Shown in pieces: positions 31,151-40,667 of a DNA stretch of 64,000 nt (within the stretch, counting starts at the first letter, position 1; the number at the start of each line of letters is the position of its first letter). The notes under the pieces were generated by a model. That model was not told the origin of the DNA. It did not search any database and saw only the letters and a list, made by a program, of their open reading frames with translations. The stretch is from an uncultured Gammaproteobacteria bacterium (GTDB lineage: Bacteria; Pseudomonadota; Gammaproteobacteria; CAWJOP01): NCBI GenBank assembly GCA_963844535.1, contig CAWJOP010000008.1:64157-128156 (forward strand), read 5' to 3'. The translations under genes and the position numbers were made by a program.

Positions 31151-32455
31151 ATGAACCAACCCATTATCGAAGTCATTAACGTTTGCAAATCATTTAAAAA
31201 AGCTGATCACCAAGATTTGCTAGTGTTGGATAATGTCAATTTTTCATTACATGAAAGTGAAATCGTTGCCATTTTAGGCAAATCGGGTTCTGGCAAATCA
31301 ACTTTATTGCGTATTATTGCAGGTTTGATTCAACCCTCTGCCGGAAAAGTGTTTTATCGCGGGCAAGAGGTTAAAAGATCCAGTGCAAGGCATTGCGATG
31401 GTATTTCAAAATTTTGCGTTGTTACCTTGGCTAACTGTATTACAAAATGTGGAATTAGGCTTAGAAGCCTTGGGCATCCCCAGAGATGAACGACGCAATC
31501 GCGCACTTAAAAGCGATTGATACGATTGGTTTAGATGGTTTTGAATCAGCCTATCCTAAAGAATTATCTGGCGGTATGCGCCAACGTGTTGGATTTGCGC
31601 GTGCGTTGGTAGTAAATCCTGATATTTTATTAATGGATGAACCTTTTTCTGCGTTAGATGTATTCACCGCTGATAATTTAAGAAGCGACTTAATTGGATT
31701 TATGGCAAGAAAAAAAAACTAATACCAATGGCATTTTATTTGTCACCCATAATATTGAAGAAGCAGCCTTACTTGCCGATCGCATTATTATTTTTAATAG
31801 TAATCCTGGCAGTTTACGCGCCGAACTTGCCAGTTAATTTTCGAACATCCACGTAATGAACAAAATCCCGCTTTTCGCAAATTAGTGGATCAAATTTACA
31901 CCCTAATGACTACACAATCACAAGAAGAACGCATATTAGGATATGGCATCCGCACAAGAAAATTGGTCTTGGCTATCGTTTGCCTGATGCCGATATTTCT
32001 GAGATAATGGGATTAATAGAAACGTTAATGCACCAGAACATAAAGGGCGGATGGATTTACCAGAATTAGCTGACATTTTACATTTAAATATTGATGATTT
32101 ATTTCCTTTGGTTGAAGTATTAGAAATTTTACGCTTCGCTTTTGTGTCAAAAGGAGATATTGAATTAAGTGAAGCCGGTAAAGCATTTGCTGATGCAGAC
32201 ATCTTAGAGCGTAAAAATATCTTCGCCAATCACTTATTACGTTATGTACCTTTAGCCAAACACATTCGGCAAACTTTAGAAGTTGCCGATCATCAACACC
32301 AACATAAAAAACGGTTCTTAAATGAACTTGAAAATTATTTAAGTGAAGATGAGGCTGACCGCGTATTATGGCTAGTCATTGAATGGGGCCGTTATGCTGA
32401 GCTATTTGCCTACAATGATAATACTGGTATGCTGAGTTTAGAGAATCCGGATTAA
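31151..32455 (+). pseudogene. ABC transporter ATP-binding protein with C-terminal AAA-associated domain, multiply frameshifted
   Basis: Walker A GKSGSGKST, signature LSGGMRQR, Walker [22 protein letters not shown] and the C-terminal domain (32051-32455) are all present. They are spread over all three frames with at least 6 frame changes, several at A-runs (31373-31376, about 31508, 31711-31719). Confidence 0.85.
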
Positions 32456-32461
32456 CATCAT

Positions 32462-33385
32462 ATGAATTACTTCTTCTTATATTTCATCACAGCATTTATC
32501 TGGGGCTCAACCTGGTTAGCCATTCATTTTCAACTTGGAAATGTTTCGCCACTTTGGTCGCTAGCTTATCGGTTTACCATGGCGGCTGTTTTACTGTGGA
32601 TTTATTGTTTTTTCACCAAACGCTCACTCAAATTTAACCGAAAACAACACGGTGCAATTGCGTTACAAGGGCTATTAATGTTTTCCCTTAACTATATCTT
32701 GTATTATTTTTCGGCGATTTATCTGAACAGCGGAGTTCTTGCCGTCGTGTTCGCTACTATTATCATCATGAATATTTTTAATAGTCGTTTATTTTTCAAA
32801 ACGCCTATCGACTTACCCTTATTTCTCGCTGCTATTATTGGCCTGCTCGGGCTCACACAAATTTTTTGGTCTGAGTTTTCTAAACTATACGCTGTAGGTG
32901 GCGACTTAAAAAATTTCGGATTAGGGCTCGTGCTCGCCATAGTCGCAACCTATATTGCCTCTCTTGGCAACATGGCTAGCGCTTATACGTTGAAAGTACA
33001 TAATCTTCCGGTTATCGAAAGCAACACCATAGGAATGGCCTATGGAGCCCTTTGTCTCACTATCTTTGCTGTCCTATCAGGCATTCATCCCACTTTTGAT
33101 ATTTCCTTAACTTATGTCAGCTCTTTAATTTATTTAGGATTATTTGGCAGTGTGATTGCTTTCGGTACTTATTTTGTCCTACTAAACCAAATCGGCCCTG
33201 AACGCGTCGCCTACGTGTTTGTATTAACGCCTATCATCGCGTTAATACTTTCTACATTCTTTGAAAATTTTCATTGGAGTATTGGAACTTTTGTCGGACT
33301 ATTTTTTGTTTTGTTAGGAAATGTTTTAGTATTGAATAAAAAATATTTTGCTCAAAAGAACACTCCTCTTGCTAAACCGGCATAA
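32462..33385 (+). CDS. EamA/DMT-family transporter
   Basis: 307 aa with about 10 predicted TM helices in two halves, the typical drug/metabolite transporter layout. Confidence 0.7.
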   Translation: MNYFFLYFITAFIWGSTWLAIHFQLGNVSPLWSLAYRFTMAAVLLWIYCFFTKRSLKFNRKQHGAIALQGLLMFSLNYILYYFSAIYLNSGVLAVVFATIIIMNIFNSRLFFKTPIDLPLFLAAIIGLLGLTQIFWSEFSKLYAVGGDLKNFGLGLVLAIVATYIASLGNMASAYTLKVHNLPVIESNTIGMAYGALCLTIFAVLSGIHPTFDISLTYVSSLIYLGLFGSVIAFGTYFVLLNQIGPERVAYVFVLTPIIALILSTFFENFHWSIGTFVGLFFVLLGNVLVLNKKYFAQKNTPLAKPA

Positions 33386-33389
33386 AAAC

Positions 33390-35630
33390 TTATGGAGCAG
33401 GGTGATTAGCAACTGTTACATTCGACAGCCATAATTTTTTTATACTACCACTAATAGAAAATTTATCTAATTCAGTTTCTGCAGCAATTTTTAATTGCGA
33501 AAGCTGATCTTGTGCATTACACACCACCATTTGATGAGCAATAGTTCCTAGCTTTTCAAGGGATTGAAGCCGTTGTGGATTTTTCGATATTTTATAGCAA
33601 AGGCTGCGCTCTTGATCGCCTATACAACCAAGAATATCCGCAGCAAGTCGCAAATTTTCCCGTTGCTCAATCCTATCTTGCGAAATAGGCGTTATGCTTC
33701 CCTGTGCAAAAACCGATTCTAACGCTTTCTCTAGCGTTCGATGTCGATAGGAAGTAAAGAAGCTGAAAAAACCAGGGCTTGATTGCTTATCGCTATCTGG
33801 GAATGCATAGTATTCCAATTGCAAAATGCTAACCATTTCCTCGTAGGTATAATCCGAACTCAACCTAGCTAACCGGCTTGCCGATAAAATCCGACTGTGT
33901 TCTCGGTTAATATTTTCAACCGAAGATGCATCAAACACCTTGTGGTACACGCCCTCTTTAAAACTTTGCGCCAGCAAATATTTTAAATAGACTTGATGTT
34001 CCACTTTATCTACGATTACAGCACTTTTTGTCGTTGTTCCAAGTGGACACTGATGTAACTTAATATTATTTTCCGCATCAAGACTCAGACGCAAAAACTC
34101 TATGGGTTTATTGGTTTTTTGCCTCACTTCAGAATAAGAAGTCACTTTTTTGTTGCGCAAAATATCGATCAGAATTTGTGCGACACAGGTTTCCTCTTGA
34201 TTTGATAACGTACTCAATAAGGTTGCTAAAGCTGAATATTCTCTGTCCGATTCACCCCTACTTAGTTGCTTGTTAAGCTCTCGTAAAAATGAGTTAAATT
34301 CCTTACTTAAAGTAGCAGGAGAGGCTAAAAACATTTGCAACCACATTAGCTCTTCATTAGCCAAAATACGATCAGCACCGATAATCTGTTTAAAAGATAG
34401 CCCACTAGGCTGATCGTTTAATTCGCACAACTTAGCGTAAACAGATTTGACAATACCCTCCTGTTGATTGCCTTCCAGTAGCCTAATAATGTACTTGTAT
34501 CTTAAGGAAGATTCGCTAAATCCTAGAAAATTTAATTCAGCTTGATCGTTATCCTTATTTTGATCCTTCTCCTTATACAAAAAGATTTTTTGTGCAAACT
34601 CAAACAATATTTTATTGTCAGGATGATAAATAAAATAACCATGATACAAAGCCAATAGCTGTTCTGCGGCATCAATGCTGAGATAAAATTCCGCTTGGGC
34701 ACATTTTAATTGATGTAGAAGTTCATCTATTAAACTATAGTTTTGCGCTTTAAGTGCATTGGCAATTTCTAGTATTTTTTCGAATAAAGCCAATATATCT
34801 GCGACTATTTTTTCTTGTTGTGATTCTGCCAAATCAGCTTCTGCGAGTTTTTCCCTGAGCCGCTCAATTTCCAGGAGTTTTTTTTCGCAGTCGCTTCGCT
34901 TTAAGGCAAAATCCTTATTTCGTTGCAGCGATGAAAGAAATGACTCGCGTGTTTTCCTCGTAACGCTAGCAAAAGGAAAGATTTGTAGCGCACCACTGTC
35001 TTTAAGGTTATCGAGCTCTAGATGCGTAATAAACTGGTTCTTTTTTAGCGCTTGGTCTATTTCCTTTATTCCCTCATTCATGAAGTTACTTTCACTAAGG
35101 AAAAGGCGCTGCATAGCCTGATTGTGTTCTATTCCCCAGTGCAAACAATAAGCGTCCGCTGGACTAAATGTGCTGTGGAATAGCTGTAAGACACGAATAG
35201 AGGTGTTATTCCCTAATGCCTCAGCCAAAGCTCTTGCTTCTTCTGCATTTTCTAGATCCTGCTCGCTGAAGAAAGGGCCAGAAATTGGTAGATCACCCCA
35301 TCTGATTGCAACTGCCCCATGGCTGAAGTCATAGCCGCAAAGTGTGAGCTCAACTAAGTGGGTATTTTTTTCTAATCCTTTTAGAAGTTTTATTAAAGTG
35401 CTTTTTTGCGGATCAACTAAGGTGATTTGATGAGCAGAAGAAGCGTTAGCATAGCCCAAGGTATCTTCTGAAAAATGAACAGCAACCGAGCGTATGTCAG
35501 GCGAATCGTTCGCAATGGCCTCAACCACGGCATCGACTAAAGTAGCGTCATCTTTTTTATAGTCAGCAGGAGGACTTTTAAACTTTACTTTATTATCTTT
35601 ATCTACTGTCTGTGCTAAACGTTCTAACAT
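33390..35630 (-). CDS. RNI-type leucine-rich-repeat protein with a large unknown C-terminal region (paralog 1)
   Basis: ORF 33390-35642. The start was chosen at MLERLAQ (35630) by alignment with paralog 2. The N-terminus has 28-29-residue LRR-like units (NTHLVELTLCGYDF, NTSIRVLQLFHSTF, NQAMQRLFLSESNF, NQFITHLELDN). It is collinear with the protein at 40668-42806. Confidence 0.7.
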   Translation of the reverse strand: MLERLAQTVDKDNKVKFKSPPADYKKDDATLVDAVVEAIANDSPDIRSVAVHFSEDTLGYANASSAHQITLVDPQKSTLIKLLKGLEKNTHLVELTLCGYDFSHGAVAIRWGDLPISGPFFSEQDLENAEEARALAEALGNNTSIRVLQLFHSTFSPADAYCLHWGIEHNQAMQRLFLSESNFMNEGIKEIDQALKKNQFITHLELDNLKDSGALQIFPFASVTRKTRESFLSSLQRNKDFALKRSDCEKKLLEIERLREKLAEADLAESQQEKIVADILALFEKILEIANALKAQNYSLIDELLHQLKCAQAEFYLSIDAAEQLLALYHGYFIYHPDNKILFEFAQKIFLYKEKDQNKDNDQAELNFLGFSESSLRYKYIIRLLEGNQQEGIVKSVYAKLCELNDQPSGLSFKQIIGADRILANEELMWLQMFLASPATLSKEFNSFLRELNKQLSRGESDREYSALATLLSTLSNQEETCVAQILIDILRNKKVTSYSEVRQKTNKPIEFLRLSLDAENNIKLHQCPLGTTTKSAVIVDKVEHQVYLKYLLAQSFKEGVYHKVFDASSVENINREHSRILSASRLARLSSDYTYEEMVSILQLEYYAFPDSDKQSSPGFFSFFTSYRHRTLEKALESVFAQGSITPISQDRIEQRENLRLAADILGCIGDQERSLCYKISKNPQRLQSLEKLGTIAHQMVVCNAQDQLSQLKIAAETELDKFSISGSIKKLWLSNVTVANHPAP

Positions 35631-35700
35631 CTTAATCCACAAAACTTAGGTTTTGCAGTATTATATCATGGATACTCTGCAATAAGCCGTCATTGAAATT

Positions 35701-35944
35701 AAAACTAAGCATCCCCTCTCCCAGCCCCAAAGCGGACAAAATCTCCTCATTTTATCCTGGGAGAGGGCCAGGGTGAGGGAAAGTGAATCAACTTCGCTAT
35801 CTGTTTTGTTGCCGTTTTTTGCAGTTTTTTAACAGAATTTATGCTTACATCGCCCTGTGGTTTTCCCTCACCCTGACCCTCTCCCAGAACCAGATCACAG
35901 CTCTTTTCAACATTCGGGCTGGGAGAGGGAACGCTTAGTTTTAA
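35701..35944. repeat. composite palindromic element, type PE-C: two inverted ~85-nt units
   Basis: Left unit aaaactaagcatcccctctcccagcc...ctgggagagggccagggtgagggaaa. The right unit is its reverse complement (ttttccctcaccctgaccctctcccag...ggctgggagagggaacgcttagtttt). Each unit is itself a hairpin. Confidence 0.9.
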
Positions 35945-36018
35945 CTTTTACATTGCCTTTTCAAAAAAGGCTTGCACACATTTCTGACGCGATTACCGTG
36001 TGGCATGACAGTACGATA

Positions 36019-37917
36019 TCACCCCGCGTTATCTGCCAAATTCCCCTCGCTTTCCAACCACGCTTTTCGATCCTGTGCGCGCTTTTTAGCTAACAACATA
36101 TCCAACCACTGACAAGTGTCTTGCTCATCAACAATAGTTAATTGCACCAAACGCCTCGTATCTCGATTCATCGTCGTCTCACGCAATTGCATTGGGTTCA
36201 TCTCGCCTAATCCTTTAAACCGCTGCACATTAATTTTGCCGCGCTTATGCTCAGCCGAAATTCGATCCAAAACGCCCTGTTTTTCCGCATCATCTAAGGC
36301 ATAAAATATTTCTTTACCAATATCAATTCGATAAAGCGGCGGCATCGCTACAAAGATATGCCCTGCTTTCACTAACGGCATAAAATGGCGAGTAAATAAC
36401 GCGCATAATAAAGTTGCAATATGTAATCCATCCGAATCTGCATCAGCGAGAATACAAACTTTTCCATAACGAAGCCCAGTTAAATCAGCCACCCCTGGAT
36501 CAACACCTATAGCAACAGCAATATCATGCACTTCCTGTGATCCCAACACTTGATTTGCATCCACTTCCCAAGTATTAAGAATTTTGCCACGCAACGGCAT
36601 AACAGCTTGAAATTCCCGATCGCGTGCTTGTTTGGCAGAACCACCAGCAGAATCTCCTTCAACCAAAAATAACTCAGTTAAACGATTATCTTGTGAAATA
36701 CAATCTGCTAATTTTCCTGGCAACGCAGGGCCTTGAGTTACTTTTTTTCGTTCAACTTTTTTGCTCGCCCGCAATCTTTTTTCTGCATTAGCAATCACTA
36801 ATGCAGCAATCATCTCGCCCAAATCAACATGCTGATTAAGCCAGATACTAAAAGCATCTTTAACTACACCCGAAATAAATGCAGCGCATTCGCGCGACGA
36901 TAGCCGCTCTTTAGTTTGTCCAGCAAATTGTGGTTCTTTCATTTTTGCCGATAAAACATAGCAACATTGTTCCCATACATCTTCCGGCGTTAACTTAACT
37001 TGCCGCGGCAACAAATTTCTAAAATCACAAAACTCTCTTAACGCTTCTAAAAGTCCAGTGCGAAACCCATTAACATGGGTTCCACCTTGCACTGTAGGAA
37101 TCAAATTAACATAGCTCTCACCAACAAATTCAGCATCTTCTTTCAACCACACTACCGCCCAATCCACGGCTTCAGTCTCACCACTAAAGCTACCAATAAA
37201 TGGTTGTTCGGGAATAAATTCATTGTTTTTAAGGGTATCAACCAAATACGCTGGCAAACCATCTTGATAAAACCATTCTTCTTTTTCCTGAGAATGTTCA
37301 TCCAAGAAACTCACACGTAACCCAGAACATAACACCGCTTTTGCTCTTAAAATCTGTTTGAGTTTAGGAATCGAAAATTTGCTGACTTCAAAATATTTTT
37401 CATCTGGCCAAAAGCGTAATTCCGTTCCATGCATCGCATTGCTTGCCGTGCCGATTACTTTAAGTTCGCTAGCTTTTTCTCCATGCTTGAAGGTCATGGC
37501 ATAAATCTGTTTATCTCGATACACCTTAACTTCAAGACACTTTGATAAAGCATTCACCACCGAAACACCTACACCATGCAAACCGCCAGAATACTGGTAA
37601 TGCCGATTGCTAAATTTAGCCCCCGCATGCAGTCGCGTTAGAATCAGTTCGATACCAGAAATTTTTTCTTCTGGATGAATATCTACTGGCATCCCTCTAC
37701 CATCGTCTATCACAGACAAAGAGCCATCTGCATGCAAAATTACGCTAATGTTTTTAGCGTATCCCGCTAATGCTTCATCAACACTGTTATCAATAACCTC
37801 TTGTGCCAGATGATTTGGCCTTGATGTATCTGTGTACATCCCGGGCCTTTTCCGTACCGGGTCTAAACCACTCAAAACTTCGATGGATTCTGCAGTGTAT
37901 GCTTTGGGTTTAACCAT
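36019..37917 (-). CDS. parE: DNA topoisomerase IV subunit B
   Basis: 632 aa. GHKL ATPase N-terminus (EVIDNSVDEA, DDGRGMPVD, GGLHGVG), Toprim EGDSAGG, and PLRGKILN. It lacks the long insert typical of GyrB. Confidence 0.9.
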   Translation of the reverse strand: MVKPKAYTAESIEVLSGLDPVRKRPGMYTDTSRPNHLAQEVIDNSVDEALAGYAKNISVILHADGSLSVIDDGRGMPVDIHPEEKISGIELILTRLHAGAKFSNRHYQYSGGLHGVGVSVVNALSKCLEVKVYRDKQIYAMTFKHGEKASELKVIGTASNAMHGTELRFWPDEKYFEVSKFSIPKLKQILRAKAVLCSGLRVSFLDEHSQEKEEWFYQDGLPAYLVDTLKNNEFIPEQPFIGSFSGETEAVDWAVVWLKEDAEFVGESYVNLIPTVQGGTHVNGFRTGLLEALREFCDFRNLLPRQVKLTPEDVWEQCCYVLSAKMKEPQFAGQTKERLSSRECAAFISGVVKDAFSIWLNQHVDLGEMIAALVIANAEKRLRASKKVERKKVTQGPALPGKLADCISQDNRLTELFLVEGDSAGGSAKQARDREFQAVMPLRGKILNTWEVDANQVLGSQEVHDIAVAIGVDPGVADLTGLRYGKVCILADADSDGLHIATLLCALFTRHFMPLVKAGHIFVAMPPLYRIDIGKEIFYALDDAEKQGVLDRISAEHKRGKINVQRFKGLGEMNPMQLRETTMNRDTRRLVQLTIVDEQDTCQWLDMLLAKKRAQDRKAWLESEGNLADNAG

Positions 37918-38030
37918 TTAAAAACCTCGTTTTTTCGTTATTTTTTTGCATTATTTTATTTATTTATCCCAAAGGCAACCTTATCAAATTGTATGGACAT
38001 AGTTAAAACTTGAGCACCGATAATAGCGAC

Positions 38031-38262
38031 AACGTCCCTTCTCCCACCCCGATAAGTCATTAAAAATCACTGTACTTTATTGTGGGAGAAGGACAGGATG
38101 AGGGCAAGTCCGGAAATCAAATTTTCATCCTACTCTAATTTTTAATAGAAGTAGTAGAAGGTAAAATAACTTCTATCAAACCTATTCATTTCCCCTCATC
38201 CTGTCCTTCTCCCAGAAAAAGATTCGTGATTTATGGCGTATGGGGCTGGGAGAAGGAACGTT
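38031..38262. repeat. composite palindromic element PE-C, second double copy
   Basis: aacgtcccttctcccacc...gtgggagaaggacaggatgagggcaag and the inverted unit cccctcatcctgtccttctcccag...ggctgggagaaggaacgtt. Same architecture as 35701-35944. Confidence 0.88.
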
Positions 38263-38318
38263 TTAATGTTTATCGATGCAACCACAATTTATCCATCGAT
38301 ACCTCGCGGAGCAAGTAA

Positions 38319-39137
38319 TTACGAATCAGATTTTTTAGTCGGAGTAGTCTGAACCGATGATTGTACTACTGGTTTTTCTTTTCCTTCAGGATCAGGTTGA
38401 TATACAGAACCGAAAGAACTCCCTGATGTACTTTGTGGTACTTGTGACGCCACTGGTACTGGCCCTAAATCAGGACCATCAATTATGTTTTGAATTCGAT
38501 CCGCCAATTCATCAAGTTCTTTAGAAAAATCTGTCCTGTAAAAGTTACTAAGAAACGAATCCTTAGTACCATGTTCTATAATACTTGAAAAAATAATCCA
38601 AGCAGCAGCTGCCCCGGGAATAACAAGAAAAACTAGAAAAGCAGGATTAACTAAAATAGCTGCTGCCATTATACCGGCAATCAGGCCTAAAATAAGGGCG
38701 GTAACTAGTCCTACCTTAATACTTCCCCACCCTATCTCTTTGTGACCAGGCACTTGATTAGATAATTGACGAACACTTTCAGCAGCACCTTTACACCCAG
38801 TGGTTTCTTCTGAAAGATTTAATTTTTTTGTTTGAATTGCTAAGGTTAATAGTTTGGTAAATTCATTTACTGCCTGAATACCATAGAATAGTTGCCAAAA
38901 TTGATATTCCACATTGCTTTCTTTAGCAATATCGGTAGCAAAAGTATCACTAAGTGGCTTATATTTCCCCACCAACTGAGTATTAACAAAGTTATATAAT
39001 TCAGCTGCTATTTGATCGCTTTTTCTCGCCTGGATGCTACTTTTTTGACAAAGGTCTTCATATTCTTTTTTTATCCTATTAAACTCTTGCCAAACTTCAT
39101 TATATTTTTCTGGTAAAGGTTTGCGCTTTTCTTCCAT
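38319..39137 (-). CDS. hypothetical membrane protein with a bilobed hydrophobic domain; candidate vacuole-membrane effector
   Basis: 272 aa. VGLVTALILGLIAGIMAAAILV-NP-AFLVFLVIPGAAAAWIIFSSII flanked by hydrophilic regions. S/T/P/Q-rich C-terminal tail. Confidence 0.5.
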   Translation of the reverse strand: MEEKRKPLPEKYNEVWQEFNRIKKEYEDLCQKSSIQARKSDQIAAELYNFVNTQLVGKYKPLSDTFATDIAKESNVEYQFWQLFYGIQAVNEFTKLLTLAIQTKKLNLSEETTGCKGAAESVRQLSNQVPGHKEIGWGSIKVGLVTALILGLIAGIMAAAILVNPAFLVFLVIPGAAAAWIIFSSIIEHGTKDSFLSNFYRTDFSKELDELADRIQNIIDGPDLGPVPVASQVPQSTSGSSFGSVYQPDPEGKEKPVVQSSVQTTPTKKSDS

Positions 39138-39224
39138 ATAAATTCACCATTTAACTAGTAATACAGACTTATAATGTAATATATAGCATAATAATTCGTT
39201 TTATGTGGGTCGAAACAAGCTACC

Positions 39225-39920
39225 ATGCAAAAAACCATTCTCATCATCGAAGATGAAGCACCAATTCGTAATATGGTGTGTTTAGCGTTACAAGAAGCTG
39301 GCTTTAACATCTTGGCCGCAGAAAACGCCAAAAAAGCTTTTGACTGCATATTAAAATATCAGCCTCACTTAGTATTATTAGACTGGATGCTACCCGGCAC
39401 TAGCGGCATAGATATTGCTCGTCTGTTAAAAGCTAATGACACCACCGCGAAAATTCCGATTATTATGCTCACTGCACGTGCAACGGAACATAATAAAATT
39501 GAAGGGTTTTCCGCTGGCATAGATGACTATATTGTCAAACCTTTTTCGCCACGCGAATTGATTGCCCGCATTAATGCAGTATTAAGGCGGACCGAAAAAG
39601 AAGCTCTAGCACAACTCATTTCAATTGACGAGCTAACCATCGATCCCAATACTGAAACCGTTACCATCAATCAACAACGTATTCAATTAAATCCAACAGA
39701 ATATCGACTATTATTATTTTTTAGTGCCGCTCCAGAAAAAGTCTATAGTCGTTCACAACTCTTAACTAAAGTATGGCCGCATGCGAGTGATCTTGATGAG
39801 CGTACAGTGGATGCCGCAATAAAACGTTTAAGAAATGCTCTGGGGACAAAATTTGGCAAGCTCATTAGAACTGTTCGCGGCAGTGGCTATTGTTTCTCAA
39901 AGGTAAATTTATATGAGTAA
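39225..39920 (+). CDS. phoB: phosphate regulon response regulator (OmpR/PhoB family)
   Basis: 231 aa. Receiver domain (ILIIEDE, LVLLDWMLPG, KPF) and winged-helix output (RTVDAAIKRLR, RTVRGSGY). Confidence 0.85.
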   Translation: MQKTILIIEDEAPIRNMVCLALQEAGFNILAAENAKKAFDCILKYQPHLVLLDWMLPGTSGIDIARLLKANDTTAKIPIIMLTARATEHNKIEGFSAGIDDYIVKPFSPRELIARINAVLRRTEKEALAQLISIDELTIDPNTETVTINQQRIQLNPTEYRLLLFFSAAPEKVYSRSQLLTKVWPHASDLDERTVDAAIKRLRNALGTKFGKLIRTVRGSGYCFSKVNLYE

Positions 39921-40635
39921 ACGTGCTTTTAACGACAAACAATTTGAAAAAATGCGCCAGGATTTTGTTGCTAATGTATCGCATGAGTTGCGCACACCGC
40001 TGACTGTATTTCGTGGCTACCTTGAAATATTGTTAGAAAAAGTAGGCAATAAAAAAAGCTTGGCAGAATGGAAACCCATTCTCATGCAAATGTTTTCACA
40101 ATCAATGCGGATGGAACGCATCATTGAAGATTTATTACTACTCTCTCGTTTAGAAATCGATACACCTGACGCTTCACATTTAGAAGCTATTGATATGCCG
40201 CAATTATTACAACACATTTATCAAGATACTCTCGCGTTAAGTAGCGATAAAAAACAGCACATCAATCTTAAAATTACTGGTCCACGCATTTTTTATGGCA
40301 GAAAGTCAGAATTACACAGCGCTTTTTCTAATCTAACATTTAACGCAGTTCACTACACACCCGTAAATGGCAAGATCTGGATTAGCTGGTACCAAGACAA
40401 AAAAGGGGTGCATTTCAAGGTAAAAGATACTGGCATTGGTATTGAAGCCAAACATATTCCACGACTCACTGAACGATTTTACCGTGTTGACGCCGGCAGA
40501 ACCCGAGAAACAGGTGGTACTGGCCTTGGGCTTGCAATCGTCAAACATGTATTGTTACGTCATCATGGTCGCTTAGCAATTAGCAGCACTGTTAACAAAG
40601 GCAGTGTATTTAGGTGTGACTTTCCCACGCTTTGA
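39913..40635 (+). CDS. phoR: PhoR-like histidine kinase, DHp plus catalytic domains only
   Basis: 240 aa. The H-box FVANVSHELRTPLTV lies about 20 residues from the start. N-box FNAVHYTP, G1 DTGIGI, G2 GGTGLGLAIVKH. 8-nt overlap with phoB. No TM or PAS segment is encoded. Confidence 0.8.
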   Translation: MSKRAFNDKQFEKMRQDFVANVSHELRTPLTVFRGYLEILLEKVGNKKSLAEWKPILMQMFSQSMRMERIIEDLLLLSRLEIDTPDASHLEAIDMPQLLQHIYQDTLALSSDKKQHINLKITGPRIFYGRKSELHSAFSNLTFNAVHYTPVNGKIWISWYQDKKGVHFKVKDTGIGIEAKHIPRLTERFYRVDAGRTRETGGTGLGLAIVKHVLLRHHGRLAISSTVNKGSVFRCDFPTL

Positions 40636-40667
40636 TGTCTAAAGGAAAGAATGCTTAAGTAAACATC

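Noticed and set aside
31936-32229. 97-aa minus-strand ORF within the ABC ATPase pseudogene
   Set aside because: It is antisense to a region that still encodes recognisable AAA-associated-domain sequence on the plus strand, and it has no motif.
35857-36093. Small ORFs made of repeat sequence (also 19424-19627, 49656-49862, 56327-56515, 39155-39349)
   Set aside because: They lie inside or are dominated by palindromic elements or promoter regions, for example PHPDPLPEP from the ccctcaccc motif. Such elements read open in several frames by construction.
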